DNA of 63,829 nucleotides, the filler included, from Lenisia limosa (taxonomy: Eukaryota; Protista; Breviatea): the NCBI GenBank assembly GCA_001655205.1. It is 16 parts of 16 records of this genome, joined end to end, with 100 filler letters (N's around TTAATTAATTAA, not from the genome) between each part and the next. Parts side by side here need not be neighbours in the genome. Positions count along the whole stretch, not along the records: positions 54,681 to 57,917 come from LPNZ01004722.1; positions 58,018 to 60,267 come from LPNZ01007570.1; positions 60,368 to 62,562 come from LPNZ01002822.1; positions 62,663 to 63,829 come from LPNZ01007477.1; 12 more parts are not named here. One strand, written 5' to 3'. Numbering within the stretch: position 1 is the stretch's first letter; every line of letters begins with the position of its first letter. The notes under the pieces were generated by a model, which saw nothing but the letters and a program-made list of their open reading frames with translations, searched no databases and was not told the DNA's origin. Of the stretch, positions 54,681-63,829 are shown piece after piece. Position numbers and translations under genes: made by a program.

Positions 54681-57600
54681 GGGCAGGAAACCTCTTTCCA
54701 CAGTGCCGGATGTTCGCATATCCTTCGTGTCTCTAACATGCGCTGGAAAAGTCACCCAAATAACAAAGAAGTATCTCGCTGAAGCCGTCCACATCATCAC
54801 ATTTATTGAGGAATTATATATTGACTATAAGGCTCACTTCGGTTCAAAAAAAGAAGACTGAATTTCTTGATAAATCCACGAAAACTATCGATATTTTCCT
54901 GGTCTTTTTCGAACCGAAGTGAAGCTCTAATTGACTATCGTACAATAGGATAATATATCGAGTTGAAAGCAGAACAAAATACCAACATTTTTCTTTTGCG
55001 AAGATACTGCGCCTTCGGCCCTTACGCGCGTCTATACAAGGTGAGGAATCAGGTTGCCATAGACAAAACTAGCGACATATTCTCGATAAAAATCGTTATT
55101 CAAACATGAATGATGATAATAAAAATAATGTCAGCACACATTCTGACAAAAACAATAAACACAGAATAACAATGGAAGAAGAGAGACGGGGGGGGGGGGG
55201 CTTNNNNNNNNNNNNNNNNNNNNNNNNNNNNNNNNNNNNNNNNNNNNNNNNNNNNNNNNNNNNNNNNNNNNNNNNTCTTACGGGCCTTCCAGAATGTTTG
55301 CACCACCTTGGTGAGTGAAAATGGAAATGTGATGAAAAATAGAGAAACCAAAATGCCACCGTTTTGTTAGATGATCCAAAAGTTCTCCCTTCCACCACCA
55401 CAATAAAGTCCTAAAGTCTGTATTGCCCCTACCTGGGCAGCATATGATTGGACAACTGTGAATTGGGGGGCCTTGTCCAGTGTCTTGAGGGAGGCGAAGG
55501 GGCGGGGGAATTTCTTTGATAAGGACTCTTGTAATCGTGGTGCAGAGCTGAGCGGTTAAAGGCGAATATTGTTCTTTTGGAATGGTGGAGAAAAACGAAA
55601 ATTATTATGAGACTTTATCTCTATGATCCTAGTTTCAATTGAGACTGAACGGTCAAGCCACTTTACTGCAAAATAGCAAATTTCTTTGCGTCACTTCCCC
55701 CCCTCCCCCACTCTACACCAGTCGCGTGCTGTACTAGCGCCAAAAGAAGCTCGAAAAAGTGGACACTATCGCCCATAGGGGTGATGTGAATGGGGACTGT
55801 TAGCTCCTCTAAGCATCGCAGAACACTCACTCCAAACCTCTTGGGACCTGGAAGAGGTCAGTGTGTGTGTGTGTGTGAGTGTAAGTGAGCAAGTGAGTAT
55901 GTGAGAGTTGTGTTGGGGGGCGGGCGGATGTGTTGTGTGTGAGTGGGGTGGTGTCATTGTGTATTTGGGTCTGTGAGTGGGGTGAGAAAAAAGAAAATAC
56001 ATATCAGAGAAACTCGCTCTTCAAAAAACAAAAAAACCACCAAGGCCAAGCATACCAAGGCCAAGCGGAGGATCCAATTCATGGAGGAAGGAGGAGAGTT
56101 GGGTCTAGATAAGTAAGTGAAGTTCAAAGATAACGTCAGACAGTTGCAGAAGCAAGGTAATTTGTTTATGGTATCCCTATGTATTTAATTATTTCCTATT
56201 TCTAATGTATATTATTTCTATTGCCCAAAAAAAGGGGGTGTTCATTTTTAGAGAACATTTGGTTCGGTTGTTTTGGAAAAAGCTAAATAGAATGTAAAAT
56301 ATAATCCTTGGAATATATATGATTTGTTTTTTTTAAAAAAGACAGCTGGATATTCAAAAAGGAGTGAAAGCAATGGTTTCATGATTGTTTTATCAAAGAA
56401 ATATGTACAGTGACCTGGATAAGTCTTGACCGATTTGCTATATAATTTCTCAAGGAAAATCGGTCAAGACTTATCTCGGCCACTGTATATCGATGAAGGA
56501 AGCCGTCATGCGAAATAACAGTCTTTCCCCCTGGTTTCTACTGGACCACAGTGAAGACCTATCAGTCCCTTTAATGGGCAAGGAAGTAGGGTAATTTATT
56601 GGCATCCCTATGTATTTATTTGTTTCCTGACATTTCTGCTCAAAAAACCCCCTTACAGCGGGGATAAAGTGGGAGGCTCGAGGATCGTAGTAGGCCCAGA
56701 GCAAAGTGAAGAGCGATAGATGATGGGTGGATAGAATGTCATCGCGCTCGGTCGAGTTGAATTGGCTAATGATGACTGCAATGAGAATGTTCAGCATGAT
56801 GAAGGACCTGAGGAAGGGGTGTCAAGGTGGGCGACAAGGAGCGTGGGCGCGGAGGTATGGTAATTTGTTCATGGTGTCCCTATGTATTTATTTCTCATGT
56901 ATATTATTTCTCTTGTTCAAAACAGATAAGCCTTGGGATGAATGAATGTTTAAGTTATCTCCTTGAAACAAACAAATCGACATAACTACTAGGGCTTCAC
57001 CATGGTTCAAAAAAAGACTGAATTTCTCGATAAATCCTCGAAAACTATCGATATTTTCGTTTTTTGAACCAAAGTGAACCCTCATAATTGCTCCCCACCC
57101 CCCCTACCCGACAACGATGAACGTGAGGAAGTAGACAGGAGCCCATGGGTAGTCCTCCCATGTCTCGTGCATGATACCGTTCCAGTCCTCTCCCGTTGAT
57201 ATTCTGAAAAATTAAAAGGCTTTTTTTAATCTTTATTGTTCTGTTAACAGAAAAAACAATACAACAATGGTGGCTCTTTAAACGTATGTACTTGCAAAAA
57301 CTAGTCTTTTATTTTTAAATTTGTTCATAAAAATACCACTTTTACCACTTTTTATTAACTACAGCCACTGCCACTCCCTTTTGAGATGAGCCAAAAATAT
57401 ACACTGACGTCCTGTCACGAAGGACTAAAGATAAAGCTCAATATACTTATCGCGGTCAGTGTATTCATAATTTTGACTCAAAGGTTGTCCATTTGACCAT
57501 ATCATCAGGAGTGGGAATAGTACATCAGCGTCTGGCTGAATGACAACAAAACATTTAACTAACAAAACCAAACACTACCAATACCGAGTAAAAATAACAA

Positions 57601-57763
57601 AAGAATAGAACTACTAATAATGAAAACCACCCATACTACATAGAAATAACAAGAGAAGATTCGCTGGTAACAAACCACCCCCACCGAAATAGTGTAAAGA
57701 AAGCAAGAGGGAAAGTCTCGAAATTGGCATTGTTGTTGAGATAGACGTTACGTTCAACAGAAC
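54681..57763 (-). CDS. CACNA1: Voltage-gated Ca2+ channel alpha-1 subunit (Cav type), partial: domain IV pore to IQ (exons 57763-57685, 57203-57108, 56807-56657, 56104-56056, 55847-55719, ~55540-55433, 55310-<55277, plus tentative tail exons)
   Basis: LNNNANFETFPLAFFTLFR|ISTGEDWNGIMHE; SFIMLNILIAVIISQF; ILSTHHLSLFTLLWAYYDP; FLHELDPPLGLG; VHFFELLLALVQ; FTVVQSYAAQ|VVQTFWKARK follow the Cav1/2 order: P-loop, S6, EF-hand, pre-IQ, IQ. Confidence 0.88.
54828..54929. mobile_element. Family B hAT-type MITE with 8-bp TSD
   Basis: ATTGACTA|TAAGGCTCACTTCGGTTC...GAACCGAAGTGAAGCTCTA|ATTGACTA. Confidence 0.9.
56855..56930 (+). repeat. Family H dispersed intronic repeat
   Basis: GGTAATTTGTT.ATGGT.TCCCTATGTATTTATTT..TTCTCTTGTTCAAAA shared with ~10432-10510, 56155-56200, 56568-56610, 51330-51385. 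Confidence 0.65.
57290..57480 (+). repeat. Family G dispersed intronic repeat
   Basis: TTTGTTCATA.AAATACCACTTTTA.CACTTT..TTAACT(A/C)CAG.C.CT..CA..CCC and AAAGCTCAATAT blocks shared with ~23765-23900, 61030-61065 and 61480-61570. Confidence 0.65.
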
Positions 57764-58184
57764 CTGTACGGGTGATGGGCGTTGTGGGAAGAGGGGTGAC
57801 GAGGAGTAAAATTGAAAAAAAAAATAAAAATAATAAACATATGGTCCTCGGAATTTATCGTGGATTTATCAAGAAATTTAGTCTTTTTTTGGGACCTTAG
57901 GGAAGCCCAGATACAATNNNNNNNNNNNNNNNNNNNNNNNNNNNNNNNNNNNNNNNNNNNNTTAATTAATTAANNNNNNNNNNNNNNNNNNNNNNNNNNN
58001 NNNNNNNNNNNNNNNNNTCCAGCGTACTGTAAACGAAATCGGGCCAAAGCCGTCCACACTCATAGCAACAGCCTCCTTCATTCATTCACTTTGTTTCGAA
58101 AAAGTAGTGGTAATATCGATAGTTTTCGATGATTTATCGTCTTTTTTTGAACCGAAGTGAAGCCCTATTCACACCCCCCCCCAC

Positions 58185-59937
58185 CAGACGAAGTGAACAT
58201 AACATCAGGCTTGTCGTCTAGCTCGACAGGGGCTGATAAGTAGGGTGCAAGTTTGCTTTGTTTGTTGGAAGAGATCACCATTTCTAGGTGGGGTAAATAT
58301 GGAAAATGTAAAAGAAAAAGAAGGGCCTAAAATCAACTCTGTTGGCTGACAACACACGAGGGATAACAACAACAAAACAAACAAAGCCCAGGAGAGTCGT
58401 TTCTTCAGCACAGCATCCCATCACTCCAGCGTAAGTAATTTTAAACAGGGGGGCTTCGCTTATCGATAGTTTTCCGATCATTTTCGAACCGAAGTGAAGC
58501 CCTACCAATACCCCACCTTTCCACGGCCCAAGACCGCTATGCAGGTCTAAGAATGCAGAGGACTTTGGATGCACACTTTCAATCTCTCTCCCCAGGATCT
58601 TCAAATCTGTTTGTGGTTAATTGAGAAATTATATAGAATGTATTACACGTATATATACATAGTATTACATGTACTATGTATATAGGTAATTATATATGAT
58701 ATGATACGATATGATATACATATGATATAGGATATGTGTATGCGTAGTGATAGACAAAGCAAGGGGTATTTGCTTATTGCTAGTTTGCAATTACCCAGGA
58801 CTTTTAGATCTGTTAACGATTTAAGAATTGCAAATATAATATAAAGCTACATATAATATGCATATCAAGATATTATATCATATCATATGAATAAAAAAAT
58901 AAGATTGTATCTGGCCGAAGCCGTCCCCACCANNNNNNNNNNNNNNNNNNNNNNNNNNNNNNNNNNNNNNNNNNNNNNNNNNNNNNNNNNNNNNNNNNNN
59001 NNNNNNNNNNNNNNNNNNNNNNNNNGCAGACTGCCTAAAAGAAATGATACGCCTTCAAGAATCGCTCATAAAATTCCTGTAAAATACAAAATGCAAGAGT
59101 AGTAAATGTGAACAAAGCCTTATCAATAACTACCCAAAATATTATCAATAAATTATGTTTATTGCAAATTATCAAAACACAAGCCCTCAAAAAGTAATAA
59201 ATAAACAAAACAAAAAAACAGAAGGAAAGTAAGTCAAATCACCTGTTTGACGGCGACGTAACCAAGGCTAATCGTGTAAAACACACACTTCATCATGAAT
59301 AGCAGCGGCCTGAAAAACGGAATCCATGATTCTGGCGGGGGCGGGNNNNNNNNNNNNNNNNNNNNNNNNNNNNNNNNNNNNNNNNNNNNNNNNNNNNNNN
59401 NNNNNNNNNNNNNNNNNNNNNNNNNNNNNNNNNNNNNNNNNNNNNNNNNNNNNNNNNNNNNNNNNNNNNNNNNNNNAAAATAAAAAATTAGAGAGTAAAA
59501 TTGAAATCTCTTGATATGTAGAGATAAGAAATAAGAAAAGGGGAAAATTGGCTGAAGCTGTCTAAACTTTCCCCTTTAGTGGATAGGGCTTCACGTCGGT
59601 TCAAAAAAGACCGCATATCTCGATAAATCCTCGAAAACTATCAATACTTCTACTTCAACCGAAGTGAAGCCCTATTAGTAGGGCTTCGGAGTGAAAGTAT
59701 TATATGTATGTAGAAATGAGAAATCAAAATAGGTGATATCACCTTTAAGAGGGCTTAGGTCCGAAAAAGAAAGGTAAAATAGTGATAATCATTGACGATT
59801 TCTCGAGAAATTTATTGTGACCGCTTTTCGTCACAACCCCCAATACCCACTTTTCCCTGTTAACGTCCTTCATTACTTCGAACGCTCCCTCCTCGAAAAG
59901 TGCGTTTCGGTTAAGGTCTACATCCTCCTTGGAGCAC
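58185..59937 (-). CDS. Unidentified multi-exon gene fragment
   Basis: Exons read CSKEDVDLNRNALFEEGAFEVMKDVNRE; PLLFMMKCVFYTISLGYVAVKQ; LKILGREIESVHPKSSAFLDLHSGLGPWK|EMVISSNKQSKLAPYLSAPVELDDKPDVMFTSS. Confidence 0.55.
58284..58427 (-). repeat. Near full-length family A element from GGAGTGATGGG to the acceptor AG
   Basis: Minus strand GGAGTGATGGGATGCTGTGCTGAAGAAACGACTCTCCTGGGCTTTGTTTG..CCCTCGTGTGTTGTCAGCCAACAGAGTTGATTTTAGG..CATTTTCCATATTTACCCCACCTAG|exon. Confidence 0.88.
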
Positions 59938-60530
59938 CTGAGGTTGTAAGGGGGTGGGGGGGGGGGGGATAAAATTGGAAAATTTATGAAACATTAAAGC
60001 CGAAATCAACTCTGTTGGCTGATAACACACGAGGGTTGATATTAATAAAACAAATAAAGCGTACTATCGTGCTTTATCGAAATTTGTCGATAACTATCGG
60101 CAAGACATCACAACTTTATCGATTCATCGGTAAAGTACACGAAATTATCAATAGTTTAAAGATATTTCTCGAAAAAAGATGACAATCATCGGTTTTTATC
60201 AGTAAAGTTTCCGCAAACCCACCGTCTCAGCCAGTCCATAGGGGGGTTGAACCCACCGTCTCATCCCNNNNNNNNNNNNNNNNNNNNNNNNNNNNNNNNN
60301 NNNNNNNNNNNTTAATTAATTAANNNNNNNNNNNNNNNNNNNNNNNNNNNNNNNNNNNNNNNNNNNNAACACACAAGGGTTGTCAACAACAAAACAAAAC
60401 AAAGCCCGGGCCAGTCGCTTTTGCAGCACCGCACGCAATTTATAAAACAAACACCCGAATCAACATTATAAAGTCTACGACAGGCGAATCAACATTATAA
60501 AGCTACGACAGGCGGATAGACTGTCCCCAC

Positions 60531-62476
60531 CTGTTGGGTGCTTCTGAGATCATGGCTTCGACCTGAATGCGTGTTAAAATTGTTGTAAATGCTTGATAAA
60601 ATGTTGCAAACCAGATAAGGGTGTTATAATTGTTTTAGACAAGACAGTACAGGAAAATTGAGGGATATATACGTATGTACAGTATTACAGTCTACACATC
60701 CAATTGTTATAAGTTACCTGAATAATCCACCATCACGTTTTGTTCCAGAATAATTTCGAGTCAAGTTCTTTTGAATGTTGTGGTTTGAATACTGTGTTTT
60801 GTGTATTTCAATACACCCCCCCACGTATTCCCAGGGCAGCGACTTGCCTTGGAGTGCATAATGCGGTAACAGCACCATGCTACTCAGGAAGATCAGCGGG
60901 CCTGCCGTGTGGAATACCGGGTCTGTGGGGGTGAGAGAAATATAGGTAATATAAAATATATCCATATTGATCAAGAGTCATTGGGATGAGAGAACGGAGC
61001 TGAGGGTCTTAAAAGAATGTAAATATATGCACAAAGACAGCGATAAGTCCTAACGAGAAAGCTCAATATCCGTGTAATGATATGGTTATAATCATGCTCA
61101 GTTGCAAAGTGTTATGTCACCTTTGAAAGCGATGGCCATGTTGTCAACAAGTTCAAGGTAGCTGTTACTGAACGTCATTCTAAAAGGGTCATAAACAGGT
61201 ATTTCATTCTCAAAGGGTCATAAACAGGTATTTCATTCTCAAAGGGTCATAAACGTAGAGGTGTCTTCAAAATGGAACGAGGACAGATGTTTAATTCATA
61301 TGTCATTTCATTATTATCAATATTGGTATGAGGCTTAACCGATCAAATCAGCATTTTTTGGGATCGTGGGGTGTCTTGACCGATTTGAAGGTCAAGAATT
61401 ACCACTGTCACTGTTGTACAATCCGGCATGGCAGCTGATGAGAAGACCAGTGGGTTGGCTCTTTTAAATACATCTGTAGTTGCAAAAATTAACCTTTTAT
61501 TTTTTAATTTTGACCACTTTTAACTCTTTTTATTTTTAAACTACAGACGCTGCCACCCCCTTGAGATGAACCCAACAAGTGGCCACTATCGGCACCTTGT
61601 TCTTTGTTTCTTGTGTACATAAAAAAGCCCCACGAACACAGTAGGAGGGAGGGCCGTAACATAGTAGTTGAGGTAATGCATGAGACCACTTTCTGCAAAA
61701 GATCAAGGCAATAAAGCAGGATACGATGTTTTGCAATGTTCATAGAGATGAGAAATAAAACAAGGAGGTATTTGGCCCAAGCCGTCCGCATCATCTGCGC
61801 CGTGATAGAGATTCGACAAGGCTTACCTCTAGCACTGATTTTAACACACTGGAAGAGCTTTCGCGATTCCTTGGGGAGTAAAAATGAACAATTTAATCAA
61901 GCAGAATCATCTCTATTGGTTTGATATTTGCGAAATATAGTGTGTCCTTTGACCCACATCAGGTCCCTTGAGCCACCAAGCTGAACACATGGCAAGATAG
62001 AACTCTGAGGACACCCTGGCTTCGGGTAACATCTGCCCGCCTAATCGCGCGTAAATGCGGTGACCCGCCTAGGAGGGGGAGTAAAACGAAGGAAATTTCG
62101 ATGAAGAATATTGGTATAAAGGTACTAATCACGTACCGAATAATCTGAAACTCCAACAAAAAAACAATAAAAAAACAAGCAATAACAAACATGAGCTGCC
62201 AACTGGGGGGGGGGTAAAATTCTAACATTACCGAAACAAAGAGAGTCCACATCAACTCTGTTGGGTAGCAACACACTAGGGTCAAACAAAGCCCAGGCCA
62301 GTAACTTCTGCAGCACCGCATCCCATCACTCCATCGTGCAGTAAAACGAAGGAGCTACGTGTCATCCCCACCTTAGCTACATAGGCTACATGCCTTCCCC
62401 ACCTTAGCGAGCTGCAGAGCAAGGCTGTACTCATGGCGATACAAACAGAACGTTGCCACTTGGGAGAGACATGAAA
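60531..62476 (-). CDS. Unidentified helical (TPR-like) protein fragment, 6 exons
   Basis: Phase-consistent SCLSQVATFCLYRHEYSLALQLAK|AGHRIYARLGGQML..WWLKGPD|KVVSCITS..LLLCS|MTFSNSYLELVDNMAIAFK|DPVFHTAGPLIF..LPWEY|VEAMISEAPNR. Confidence 0.6.
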
Positions 62477-62703
62477 CTGCAAATACCCCTGACCTGAATT
62501 CGTAAGAAAAGGGATAAAATTGGAAAATTTAAGAAAGACAACATGAGGTGGGGGGGGGGGGGNNNNNNNNNNNNNNNNNNNNNNNNNNNNNNNNNNNNNN
62601 NNNNNNTTAATTAATTAANNNNNNNNNNNNNNNNNNNNNNNNNNNNNNNNNNNNNNNNNNNNAAAAAAAAAAAAAAAAAAAAGTCAAAGACACAACATCC
62701 CAC

Positions 62704-63676
62704 CTTCGGGCTTTGAGCAGGTTTTGTGATTCGCTGGTTGATCTAGTGGGGAGTAAAGTTGGAAAATTTATGGAACAAAAAAAAGCTCAAAATCAACTCT
62801 GTACATATTATACTATATGATACAATATAGCAATGAGAAAATAAGTCGTATCTGGCCGAAGCCTTCCACACCATCACGCTTATCAGAGATATTGGATTAT
62901 AGTCTACTATTAATTCACCCAATCATTTGCCTAACAGCACACAGCTTCCTGCGTGCCCCCCAGCATACGATATTACATCATATACCCCTTTACTTTGGGT
63001 GAGAAGCTGCAGTCCTCCATTTCCTTCTTGAGCTTTGAGAGCCGCGCCATACTAAGTCGACTGTCGGCGTCCCTCTNNNNNNNNNNNNNNNNNNNNNNNN
63101 NNNNNNNNNNNNNNNNNNNNNNNNNNNNNNNNNNNNNNNNNNNNNNNNNNNNNNNNNNNNNNNNNNNNNNNNNNNNNNNNNNNNNNNNNNNNNNNNNNGA
63201 TGAGGCACGCACAAACACAAATACCCCCTTAAACACACGCAAATACCCCCTTAAACACACACAAATACCCTACATCAGTTCCACCCTTACTAACTCACAT
63301 AAACACACTGACAAACAACAACCCCTCAATAATAATCTCATACCTGTCTCTGTAGCATCAACTCCACGCGGTCTTGCTCGCTGATAGTGGGGTTTCGAGC
63401 GCACATCAGAGCCGTGGATTTTGATTCGTACTAGGGAGTGAGGTAAGATAATACAATATGAGACCTGGGGGTAAAAAAACAAAGGAAAAGGAAAATTTGA
63501 GAAAGTAAGGATTTCTATTTGTACACCACCACACACTTCAATAGCATCAGTTATTAACCCCCCCCCCCTTCTACCAGTTTACTCCTCCTGTTCATCAAGG
63601 TGTCAGGCTTTGGGGGGTGTGATGTCTCCATGACCTTCTGCACGTGACTCGACATTCGCTCCTGATGCTCTTCTCG
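62704..63676 (-). CDS. Unidentified charged protein fragment with a CxFxPxIN motif
   Basis: REEHQERMSSHVQKV..RRSKL|YESKSTALMCARNPTISEQDRVELMLQRQ; RLSKLKKEMEDCSFSPK|INQRITKP. Confidence 0.55.
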
Positions 63677-63829
63677 CTGGTTTTGGTTAATTATACTGTA
63701 TGTAGGAGTATGATTCGGATATATTGATATGGTGACATTTGCTAGCGCTCTTCTCGATGGTTTTGGTTAAAAAAAAAAAAAGAGAACGAGAGAATGATTT
63801 GGGCTGTCTTTTTACCCCCCTCCCCCCCC

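Noticed and set aside
54681-54745. F-box-like reading RMLETRRICEHPALWKEVSC
   Set aside because: It lies downstream in the Cav gene's orientation and another frame fits a channel tail; too short to call.
56471-56656. In-frame continuation of the 108-aa ORF as Cav coding sequence
   Set aside because: The channel similarity resumes at exon 56104 after the donor at 56656; the segment is intronic and contains family H and D repeats.

Overview
This is not one locus. It is a concatenation of 16 unrelated small scaffolds from a fragmented eukaryotic draft assembly, joined by an artificial 100-bp linker (44 N + TTAATTAATTAA + 44 N, 15 copies), so adjacency across linkers has no biological meaning. 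The organism is an intron-rich eukaryote with GT-AG introns, apparently the standard code, and exons mostly 30-130 nt. An IFT70/TTC30 gene implies a flagellum or cilium. By manual splicing I recognise partial genes for a Sushi/CCP-repeat protein, TOR kinase, an ankyrin-repeat protein, a USP deubiquitinase, LMBRD2, a DUF11-repeat protein, IFT70, WDR46/UTP7, RAD50, V-ATPase subunit a and a Cav-type channel, plus several unidentified multi-exon genes. One scaffold (26606-32892) is a decayed mobile-element block with a possible RAG1/Transib-like transposase relic and a virus-fibre-like pseudogene. The most striking signal is intron architecture. A ~150-bp dispersed element (family A, roughly 40 copies or fragments by eye) lies almost always sense to the host gene, and its 3' end forms the C-rich tract and AG of more than 20 acceptor sites, which is introner-like. 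A second sense-biased family (C) carries a C(UUCG)G hairpin and often starts near the donor. Introns also hold hAT-type (8-bp TSD) and Tc1-type (TA TSD) MITEs, G-run donors, C-run acceptors and many tandem duplications of splice junctions. All exon coordinates and copy numbers were read by eye and need computational confirmation.
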